DNA from: Cyanophora paradoxa CCMP329
Taxonomy: Eukaryota > Plantae > Glaucophyta
Direction of reading: 5' to 3'
Length of the DNA stretch: 48,009 nucleotides
NCBI GenBank assembly: GCA_004431415.1
Contig: QPMI01000352.1
Location: forward strand, 1 to 48,009
The notes beneath the pieces are model-generated. The model did not search any database and was not told the DNA's origin. It saw nothing but the letters and a program-made list of their open reading frames with translations. Of the stretch, positions 21,195-31,248 are shown in pieces. Numbering within the stretch: the first letter of the stretch is position 1; every line of letters begins with the position of its first letter. A program made the position numbers and the translations under genes.

Positions 21195-24100
21195 TTAAAT
21201 TATTAAACGGCCGAGGTCGGCGCGGGGCCAGGGCCCCGCAGCCTCTGCTGTGCACGCGGCTCCTCCGGCCTTTCGGCGGGGGCGTACACGGTGGCTGCAG
21301 ACAGCATCAGCGACTGGATTGCATGAGCACGTCAACGTCAGCGCAGATGAATCTGCAGGAGCGCACCGGCCGTGGCGGGGTCGATGCTGAGAACGAATGT
21401 GCCGTGGGCGGGCTTGCAATTGTCGACGTGGGCCCCCTGGGCGCCCGCCTGCCCCGCCGCCCGCTGCCCGTGGGCCCCTTGAGTAAGAGAGCGCGCGGCC
21501 TCTCTCGCGCACTGCGAGCTCGAGACAGCGCGGTCGCGGGTCGGGGCGGACCGAGCGGAGGCGGGAGCGGAAGACGAGAGCGGCGACGACGGCGCCGCCC
21601 GCTATCAGCAGCGCCCCGACGGCCACGCCCACGCCGATCCCCGCCTGCCCCCACCCCGCCACGCACGCTGGAGAGGCCTCGCGGGCGTGTGCGGGAAGGG
21701 CGGGACGAGGGGGGACCTTCTGGCCGGGGGAGAGGCGCGGGGAGCTCGAGTCCTCGCCGCCCTCCGCCTCCGGGGCCGGGGCCTCCGCGCCCTCCTCCCC
21801 GGGGGCCGGCCACTCCCCGGGCTCCCCCTCCTCCCCGCCCCGCACTGCCGGGCCGGGCCGCGGTGTGGGCCACGGAGGGGGACACAAGCGGCTCGGGATC
21901 GTGATCGGGGCTCGAGCTCGAGGGGCCGCACGCTCGAAGGCCTCGCCGCCGATGACCACCGCCCCCACGCCGGCCGCCCGCAGCTGCCCTCGCCCGCCCC
22001 GCCCCCCGCTCAGCTCCGGAGCACGCGAGTCTGGCACGCGTACGGTGGGGGGGGGAGGGGCTTGCCGGGGCACGGAGCTCGCTGTCCCCGCCGGTCGCCG
22101 CCGCGCGGAGCGCCGCCAGCGCGCCGGCGGCCCCGACCCGCCCCGACACCGGCTGCAATTGCAAGGAACGCGTGTGAAGGAACGAAAGCTTCAGACTCGA
22201 CGATGCACGGCTCGCCTCGACGGCGAACGTCATCAGCAGGCCGGAAGCCTCGTCGCCGAGCCCCTGCGCATGCCCCGGCCCGCCCGTCAGATCTAGGTCC
22301 CTCGAGCTGCCCCAGAGGCGCGCGCGCGGCCCCGGGCGGCGAGCGGCAGCGGCAGCGGGTGTGTGCGGGAGCACATGCGCACCAGGTGGCGGACCGCTGG
22401 CGTCCCCGGGGCCGCGGCCGCCGACGTCGTCCCGTTGGCGTCGCCGGTGCCGTTGTCAGCCTGAGGCGGCACAGCTGCGCCGGCCCCGCGCTTGCAGCGT
22501 GGGCAGCTGGTGAGATGATGGGATGAGAGGGCGAGCGCACGGGGGGAGGCGTGCGCGTGCTCGATGGCGGCGAGGAGGGCGAGGGCCTGTCCAGGGACCC
22601 CCATCAGCGCCCCCAGCGCCCCCCGCAGCGCTTCCTCCTGCCCCCCGCCCCCCGGTCATGATCAGCTGCCGGCGGCCTCGCGGGGGGGGGGAGGGGGGAG
22701 GGGGGGAGGGGAGGGAGGGGGGGAGGGGGGGGGGGTTGCGGGCCAGGGCGGGGCGGGCGGGGGCGTCGGTGGCGGGGAGGAGGAGGGAGAACTCGGCCCG
22801 CCCGCCCGCCACTTCAAACTCGCTCCACGCCGCCTGCCGGTGCCGGTGCGCGCCCCTCGTGATCGGGCCCCGGCGCGAGGCGGCCGCACGGCAGGCCTAG
22901 GGGCGCACGCGCGCAAGGGGGTCGAAGGGGCTCGAGACGGCGAGCAGCGTGTAGCGCGCAATCTAGGCGTGCACGCGTGATGATGAGGTAGAGATGGGGC
23001 GAGGAGGGCGGCCGCGGGGGGCGTGCGGGGTGCGGGGCGGGGCGCGCCTCGGCGTCCTGGGGAACTGTCCACGCCGATCGCGAGGCCGAGCTCGAGGCGT
23101 TCAAGCTCTCCCCGCCTCCCCCCGCAGCCGCTGCCAACTGCCGCCAGCGCCCCCACGCGCACTCTCATGAGCCGACTGCCGCGTGAAGTGCGCGGGCCGG
23201 GGGCGTGGACCAGCTGGGAGGCGGGGAGGGAGGCGGGGTCTGGCGCCGTGCCGTTCACGAGGAGCGCCGCCTGCACCCGCGAAGTCGGATGTTCCCTCGC
23301 TAGCGCTGTCAATCGCGAGGCGAGGGCCGCACCCGGGCCCCCGGGGGGAGAGCGCCCGAAGGGAAGATGTACAGCGCCGCCGCGGAGCCGTCGCCGCCCT
23401 CTCCGAGACTTCCCTCGCCCTGAGCACGCCAGAAGGGCGCGCAAACAATTTACTTTGCAGGCAAATATAAAATTTTGATGCCTTGCAATTGATTATATAA
23501 ATTAAAGCTTTATAATTATAGCTAGCTTTGCCTTAGCGGGGCGCGCGCGGCATCCCAGCTTTAGAAATATAGCGGAGCGTATACCTGAAGCGTCCAGGAG
23601 ATGGGGAGGGTGTCCCCGTGCAGTAGCTGCGCGTCGTCTCGAGCAATGACGCGGGGGCCGCGGAGGCGCAGCGCGGGGCTTGATGCGGGGGCGCGTGCAC
23701 CTTGGGCATGGCGGGGTTCGAGACGGGCACCATCGGGGGGTTGCAGTAGAACCCTGCCCCCAGGTCAGCCGCCCCCCCGAATACTCTCCGCACCTGCACC
23801 CCGCAGTGTCCGCGCGTGGCGGTTAATCGGCTGCTCGCCTGGGCCGGGGGGCTCGAGAATCGTGACGGGGCCACTTGGAGCCGAGCTCGATCGCGAGGCG
23901 AAATCTGGCGGAATCACGGATCCTTGAGTATCTGCGAGCAGCTGGAGGCCAATTGCAGGGCCTGGCTATAGGTCTAGGGGGCTTGAGGCGTAGGTGGCGA
24001 TAGGGGGCAGGGGCACCCGGGGAGCGGGTCGTGGCAAAGCGGCGCGAGAAGGCCTGCGGGGGCATCGACGTCAGCGCTGCCACTGCGAACCGCAACAGCG

Positions 24101-24261
24101 CTGGAGGGGCTCGAGCTCGAGCTCGAGCTCGAGCTCGAGCTCACGGTCTGCGCCGCTCCGCCGTCCGCCGAGGAGATCACCTGCGCCCGCAGGTGCAAGC
24201 GAGAATTCAAATTCAAGTCGCGAAAGAGGTGGCCCGGTGGCGTCGAATTCGAATAGCGCAC
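21195..24261 (-). CDS. Hypothetical single-pass (type I-like) membrane protein; boundaries uncertain, possibly the 3' part of the gene starting at 26326
   Basis: Exon-like segments separated by typical introns. An acidic/Pro stalk (EEGEPGEWPAPGEEGAEAPAPEAEGGEDS) is followed by TM AGIGVGVAVGALLIAGGAVVAALVF and a basic stop-transfer RSRLR. Confidence 0.45.
24110..24142. repeat. Self-complementary hexamer microsatellite (CTCGAG)5.5
   Basis: ctcgagctcgagctcgagctcgagctcgagctc. Same class as (CTTAAG)3 at 14393-14410 and (AGCGCT)4 at 30880-30903. Confidence 0.95.
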
Positions 24262-24602
24262 AAAATTTGCCGCCGTAGTGCGAAGATCTCTCGGGACCTG
24301 GCGATTTCAAAATGTCACATCATCACGATCAGCGCATCAGCCGGGGGTGTCGAACTATATAATTAGAAAAATATTCCGCACCCGCCAGACAAACGAGCCC
24401 GTGCCCTCGACGGTGCGGACGTCCTCTACAAGGGGGCATCAAATTTGAAACTAAATTCTGGGGTCCCTCATAATCACGATATATCTAGACCACTCTGAGG
24501 ATAAGCGCAAACCGCACCGCTCACGATCCGCACCGCCGCCTACCCCGCCCCCGGCCGCAGCGCGCCCCATTAGCGCAGGAATTGCTGCCGTGGGCGATCG
24601 GC

Positions 24603-26326
24603 CTAGAAGATGGGGGGCCGGGGCACCTCGCGGGGCACGCGGGCGCCCGTCGCGGCGGCCTGCATGCGCAGCTCCTCGAGCCCCTGCGCCGCCCCCCGCA
24701 GTCGCCGGGGCCCCGGGGGGAGGGGAGGAGGGCGGGGCGGTGGGGGGCGGGGGCGGGGGCGGGCCTGGGCGCAGGGGATGTCCTGCACGCCGAGCCACGA
24801 GGCGGCGTAGAAGGCCCGCCCCGACCCGAACCACGCCGCCTGCCCCGCCCCGCCCCGCCCCGCGTCATCAGCAGCAGCCGCCGCCCCCGGCACCTCAGCC
24901 GTGACGGGGGCTGGCGGGTGCGCATCCGGAGGGGGCGCGCGTGCCTCGACGTTGGCCCCGGCCTCGAAGAGGGGCACCGCCTCGCTGCCGTTCCCGACGC
25001 CTCCCGCCGCCCCTCCCGCCGTGCCCGGCGCCGGCGCCGCCACCGCCGGCGGGGCGTCGAAGAAGAGGGCGGCTGGGCCGGCCGGCCGAGCGTCAGCGGG
25101 GCGCTTGGCATGGCATTGCGGGGAAGAGGCGTGGGGGTGGGAGGGGGCAGGGGGTGGGAGGGGGCGAGCGGGGCGCGGGCGCACTCTCCTGCTCGTTGGT
25201 GGAGAGGAGGTAGAGGAGGATGCTCGCCGAGGCCGCCCCCCGCGACACCCGCTGCCCCCGCCACCCCCGATCCCCTCATGATCATTCGAGCAAGACGAGG
25301 GATCGCGAGGGAGATTCAAATCTGTTTAGAAACCATACACATGCAAGCTCTGGATTTATCGGCGAAACTTGAAAACACATGAAAACTTAAAGCTGAATTA
25401 TCGTCGCGGGCATGCATATGCATGGCGCATAAGCGCACGGCGATGTACGGGCCGACAGCGAGGCCGCCGGAGGATGCGGGAGCATTCGGAGGGGCCCAGA
25501 GCGCGACGTACTCGCGGTCGAGCTCGCCCTGCGAAACACAAGGGGATGGGGATGCGAAAATCATGGTTAGAAATTATATCCCCGTGCAATATCGATTGCA
25601 ATGTCTGGCGCCGGCAGCTCCACGCGCAGGGAGCACCTGTCCTTGAACGGCAGGAATCTGGTGCAGATGCGGACGTCCAGCTGAGAATATTGATTGGCGG
25701 GAACAATTCATGGAACCTGACCTGAGAGCGGAACACTGGCTCGCCGGACGCGTTCACGAGCGGTGCGATCCCGGAAATAAGACCGTCGGGTCCGGCGGGT
25801 GGCGCGTCGAGTGGCGAGAGCGTCAGCTCGAAGGACGCCTGCGCAGACCGCAGCCGCGTTTGCATTTGAGCGCGCGCGCGTATTAAGTTCACCGGTTCGG
25901 GCCGGCCGGGCCGGGGTCAGACATGCACTGACCGGCGCCGTCGCTTCCCACGCGCTGGGCTCCGATGGAGCACTGAAGCGAAACGCGAAGAGTCGATCCT
26001 GCGCAGACCTTGAGATATCGATGTGCCAGTTGCAGGTGGGGTTGTCTAGATCCCTCGTGATCAATTTTGCAGCTGCAGGGAGAGCCGCGAAAATTCCGCG
26101 CGACCCGCCAGCCGCTGAGCACCGGTGGCCTCGCAGAAATCCCATATGCATCTTGACTTATGATTGCTGCCACGCTGTGCACCTTGATTATGGCCCTGCT
26201 CTCGAGCCCCCAGCGCAGTCCATTCGTGGGAGGCTGAGCCGCTGCGATCCGCGCGACGGCGAGGAGAAGCAACGCCGCGAAAACTCGCGCCTGCCTCGCT
26301 GGGGCCTCCATCGCTACGGCGCGCAT
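24603..26326 (-). CDS. Hypothetical secreted protein (signal peptide); multi-exon, 3' end uncertain
   Basis: MRAVAMEAPARQARVFAALLLLAVARIAAA|QPP signal peptide. Downstream exon-like frames include ASFELTLSPLDAPPAGPDGLISG, GELDREYVALWAP and AAWFGSGRAFYAASWLG. A frame closes at 24603. Confidence 0.45.
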
Positions 26327-26887
26327 GGTTTCACGCCTCGGCAGGCCTTGGATCGCTGCAGCTGCTAAATGCTGTCAAACTGGAATCAGTGAGAATAACC
26401 GCCGAGAGTTCGAGTAACTGCCGATCGCGAGGCCCTGAACATGAGGAGATCTAACGAGGTGAGGGGGATCTAGCCCATAGAGTGGGAAAACAAGTAGAAG
26501 GGCCAAGGGAAGAGTCAAGAGAAGAGAAGTGGGAGATCTAGATCTGAGAAAATAGTGTGCAACTGAGAACCGAAGCTTCAACTTGAATTCCGAAGTTCAA
26601 TTTGGCGAGATTGCGGGCGTCATCATGGCCATATGCATGGCATGTTCAGCAGCATGAAGAAATTCTGGCGACCCTCTAGATCTCTGTACTTTCTCCCTCT
26701 CCGTCTTGACCTCATTCTCCGAAGAGCTCGAGGATCCGGAGTGGATATAGAAAGTATTTCGAATTCGAAGTAGAGAACAGTAGCTATTGACGGTCGACGT
26801 CGACGTCGTCTGTCTGAGAACCAAAGCTTCAATAGAGAAAGCTCATTGAGTCATCATGCACATGGCATGATCACGTCGACTTGAGCA

Positions 26888-27036
26888 AGAATGTGAAGAC
26901 ATTTTGTGGGAGAATGTGGATATTTTCCTGCAAGAATGTGGAGACTCTGAGACTTTCTTGCGAGAATGTGGATCCGGAGAAAATCTTGTGAGAATGTGGA
27001 AAACTTCCTAGGCCTGTACTTATACGCGAGAATGTG
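26888..27036 (+). repeat. Cluster of six AGAATGTG motifs with unique spacers
   Basis: AGAATGTG at 26888, 26911, 26933, 26963, 26991 and 27029 (periods 23, 22, 30, 28, 38), in an AT-richer intergenic block. Confidence 0.85.
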
Positions 27037-27156
27037 TGGAGACGCTGTGACATTCCTGCGCTTGCGATCTCTAGAATGCATATATGGGGTCCGCCGAAGA
27101 AATTCCGATTCTGGCGTAAATAAACATGAGGATCCGGATATGGATGCATACCGCGA

Positions 27157-27444
27157 TACTACGGTACCCCGGAGAAATTGAATTCGGGCGAGAATTCATC
27201 ATGGGCGAGAATTTCGAATCGAAAATATGCCATGATGGGGCGCGGCGGGATAATGAGGCACGGGAATCAAATGCGGGGATCGAGGGACCGGACCGCGTCA
27301 TTTGCAAGCGTGGCTGATACGTATATATATACGCCCCGCCCTCTTCGACTCTCAGAACTCGAAATTCGGACCGGCACTTACTACTACTGTGACTTATCTG
27401 CATGCACTTGCGGTACTATGTGTACCGGTGCCGGTACCGTAGTA
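27157..27444. mobile_element. Candidate MITE (Tc1/mariner-like: TA-flanked 10-bp TIRs, about 284 bp)
   Basis: TACTACGGTACC at 27157-27168 and its exact reverse complement GGTACCGTAGTA at 27433-27444; no credible coding sequence between them. Confidence 0.35.
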
Positions 27445-27996
27445 AAGCCTGCTCTCAGACACAGGCTATCTTAAAGCCTTCAAGGCTTGCAATTGGAAGG
27501 TACATTGAAAAGATTGCAAGTACACTTGCATCCAACGCGTTCCCCCCGAAGATATCGCATTGAAACAAGCTCTACCTCGTAGCACTGGCTATAGTACTGA
27601 TTTCGCCGTCGGACACCTCGAGCTCTGAACTCAGTAACCGCACACACGGCAGAAAGAGACTGTCCTGCCCTACAGATGCACGTGCATCCACCGTCTTCAT
27701 TCCCTAAAAATCTGAATAACGCATCGAAATAGAATATTGCGATCCCGCTAACCCTAAGAATAACCAGACGCTAGCGCTGCATCAGAAATATCTTGTCCTT
27801 GCAGAAGATACATAACCTGTCCCTACGTATAACCCAATCAAGATAATGGAGAAACTACACCGAGATCATCGAAATCGCATTGTGGATGAAAAGAAAGCAG
27901 CTTCCGCTGCGGACACTATCCAGCCTCTCGGATGCGGGAGAGGAGGTGCGTATGGTACATGGTACAGGCGGGCGGGCCGGGGCGCGGGCCGGCGGC

Positions 27997-30514
27997 TCAG
28001 ACGGGGGAGAAGGGGAGGCGGCAGCGGGGGCAGGCGGCGCCGCCCTCCTCGACGGCGCCGGGGAGCATGTCGCACGTGCAGACGCACGCCGGCCGCCCCG
28101 CCTCCGCTCCCGGGGCCCGCCCGCGGCGGGACCCCTCGAGGGAGGCCCCGTAGGCCCCCAGCGGGATCACCACCGCCCCCGACGCGAGCTCCAGCGCCCC
28201 CTGCGCCCCGTCAGCGAGCGCCGCGAGGGCCGGCGGGCGGGGGCGCCGCGCACGGAGGCGCCGGCGAGGCGGGCGGAGAGGGCGGGGTCGGGGCCCGGGG
28301 CGGAGGGGGCCGGGGGCAGGGCGGGGAGGGAGGTGGAGGGGGCGGTGGCGAGCTCGTCGGTGTCGGGGAAGCGGACGAGGGGGGCGAGGCAGCAGAGGGC
28401 GAGGGCGATGCCGGCGTAGGCGAGGAAGGCGTCGGGCATGGCCAGCGCGGGGGCCTCAAAGAGGAAGGCGAGCAGCGTGGCCCCGCCCGTGCCCCCGCAC
28501 GAGACGAGGCCCCCCGCCGCCCCCCGCAGGCTGTCCCCGAAGTACGGGATGATGCTGTACGCCGCGCCCCCGGCGGCGTGGTAGGTGAGGGAGAGGAGGA
28601 CCGCCCAGGCGGCGGCCGCCTCGAGGCGGGGCAGCAGGGCGAGCCCCACGAAGCCCCCCGCCATCGCCACGCACAGCGCCACCAGCACCACCACCCGGCC
28701 CCGCGCCCCGCGCCTGCGCCCCGCCCGTCACGACACGCCGCGCGCGCGCGGGGCGGGCGGGGCGGGGCGGGGGCACGGGCCTGCGGCCGGCGCGGTCGGC
28801 GAGGCGGCCGCCGAGGGCGCGGGCCCAGGACATCTGGACCTGGCAGAGGGCGGAGAGGAGGCCGGCGGTGCGAATGTCGAGGCCGAAGCGCCGGAGGTAG
28901 TACTTGGGCAGCGTCTGGTTCATCGTGATCCCCGGCGACGTCGGGATCGCGTACAGCCCCGCCATCGCCCACACCCGCCCGTCCCGCAGCAGCGCCACCC
29001 GCCCCGCCTTGCGTCCCGCCGGCCCGGGGGGCGGCGTGGGCGCGGCGGGGGCGGCGTGGCGCTCGGGGTCGTCGGCGGGGTGGTGGGAGAGGAGGGGGAT
29101 GCGCAGGTGCACGTCCCGCAGGTGCACCACGTTCCCCTGCGGCAGGTCCTGCCCCCCCCCCTCCCTCAGCCCCGCCTCGAGGCCGGGGGTGGGTGGGGGA
29201 AGGAGGGGGGCGGGGGGGGGGACCTGGGTGAAGGCGAGGAGGCAGGCGCCGGCGAGGAAGACGACCGAGGCCGGCAGCAGCGACGCCATCCGCCACGACC
29301 GCTCCAGCGGCTGCCCCGCCCCCCGCCCCCGTCGCCCCCCGCCGCCCGGGGCGGGGACCGGCGGGCGCACGATGCCGGCCGAGTTGGATATCGCGTACGC
29401 CACTTGCGGCATGATCAGCGCCGCCGCCGCTGCCCCCGCCGTGAGCGGCCTGGCAGGGCGGGGGCGCGGGGCGCGCGTGCACCGGCGCCGGTGCCGCCGA
29501 TGCCGCCGGCGAGGCCGTTGGCCTGCCCCGCCACCGAGCGCCCGAAGTGCGCCGACGTGTGCGCCCTGCCCGCCCGTCAGCGGGCGGCGGCGGGGGACTG
29601 GAAAGGTGCGCACATGCCGACGGTGAAGCTGGCGCCGAGCCACGAGGTCAGGAACCTGCGGAGAGGGGATCAGGCGGGAGCGGGGGGCGGGGCGGGGCGG
29701 GGCGGGGCGGGCCGGCAGAGGATGAAGGACTCTGTGGAGGAGGCGAGGCCGACGAGGCCGGTGGGGAGGGCGCAGAGGCAGAGGAGGACGCCGTGGACGA
29801 GGCGGGCGCCCAGGCGGTCCGTGGCGGCGCCGAGGAGGAGGGAGCCGAGGACGGAGCCGATGAGGCCCACCGAGTCGACGACGCCGCGCAGCTCAGGGGG
29901 CACCCCCACGTCCTCGTACGCCAGCGACAGCAGCGGCGCCAGCCCGAACCTGCACCCCCGGCCCCGCACCCCTCGGCCCCAGCCCCGCACCGCCCCCGGC
30001 GCCCGCGCGCGCGGACCAGGCGAACTGGGCGCAGAAGATGGCAGCGGCCTGCGGGGCGGGGCGGGGGTGAGCAGGGGCGGCCTGCGGGGCGCGGGGCGCG
30101 GGCGGCGGGCCTCGAAGTAGAAGGCGCGCATGTGGACGTCGTTCACGCTGCGGGGCAAGCGTGGGAGGGCCGGGGCGGGGCGGGGCGGGGCGGGGCGGGG
30201 CGGGGCGGGGCGGGGCGCGGGGCGGGTCACCTCTGGAAGTACATGGTCGTGGCCTTCTGGTCCGAGTCCACCGGCACAGGCGTCGCGAAGCGGGAGAAGG
30301 CCGGCGAGCCGCGCGGGCTCGAGCCGGCCCCGCCCCCGCCCCCGGCCCTCACGGTGCGCTGGGCGAGGGCGGAGGCGGTGAGGCCCACCGAGGCGCTGCC
30401 GCCTGAGGATGCGCCGGCCATGACTGTGGAGGGCGAAGGCCGCTCGCTGCGGGCCGCCAGCTCCACCGAGGCCGCCCGCTCCGTCACCACGACGGATGGG
30501 CCGGCCGCCTTCAT
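27997..30514 (-). CDS. Divergent NRT2/NarK (nitrate/nitrite porter)-like MFS transporter; multi-exon
   Basis: PVDSDQKAT..HMRAF matches the NRT2 N-terminal PVDSEHKA..HMRxF. Also FGLAPLL, GAATDRLGARL (MFS motif A), GQANGLAGGIG, LIMPQV, SWRMA, TQDLPQGN, YYLRRFGLDIRTAG, ARALGGRLAD, GAAYSIIPY, LVRFP. Ends ..CPRCRLPFSPV* at 27997. Confidence 0.85.
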
Positions 30515-30812
30515 TCTGGTTCTGCGCGGATCGCCCGCACTGCGCGCTGTGCGGCGCCGCTTGCGGCTAACACCGGCGGATGTGCTCTCTACTCCGTGCG
30601 CTGCGACCGCACCGCGTACGGACAGCGCTCACGCGAATCTGTTCTGGATCGCTCGGCTGGGGCTGGGGTTGGGGCTGGCTGGTCTGGATCGCTCGTATAG
30701 AGCTGGGGCTGCGCTAGCGCGCTCGGGGCTCGCCCTGCGCGCGCTGGTTTGTGAGTTCACTTGTGTTTGCTTGGGTACTTGAATGTACGAACGCGTTTTT
30801 ATATACTGCCTT

Positions 30813-30870
30813 TCGCCGCAGCCGTCGCCGCAGCCTTCGCCGCAGTCGTCGCCGAATCCGTCGCCGCATG
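30813..30870. repeat. Degenerate 12-bp tandem repeat (TCGCCGCAGCCG)x5 upstream of the transporter
   Basis: tcgccgcagccg tcgccgcagcct tcgccgcagtcg tcgccgaatccg tcgccgcatgcg. Confidence 0.8.
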
Positions 30871-31248
30871 CGCAGTCGCAGCGCTAGCGCTAGCGCTAGC
30901 GCTAGCTATGTAGCTATAGCCGTCGCGTCGCGTCTTTTAAACTTCTGCGCATGCGCCGGCGATGTACATGTGTTCGACCAACTTCCACGTTCGGAGCCGC
31001 GCCGTCGGCGCCAGCTGCAGTACTAGTGCTGCTGACAGCTCGGAGCCCACGCGCACGCGTACCGCGGCGTACGCCACCGGCGCCGGGCCGGGCCGGGGCC
31101 GGGCGCTCGCAGCTCGCCATCGGAGCCCACGGCCAGCGCAATTACAAACGGGGCCCTTATAATTACAAAATTAAATTTCGCAAATTAAACTTCTCACATA
31201 CACAGAGGACAACGTATGTATACGCGTGGGACCAACAAGCTTAAGGCC

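Noticed and set aside
26888-27036. Repeat-spacer pattern resembling a CRISPR array
   Set aside because: Repeats are only 8-11 bp with irregular spacing, there are no cas genes, and the context is an intron-rich eukaryote.
27480-27930. AT-rich block containing CTAACCCTAA as a possible telomeric seed or TE fragment
   Set aside because: Fewer than two telomere-like units, and no recognisable coding or terminal structure.
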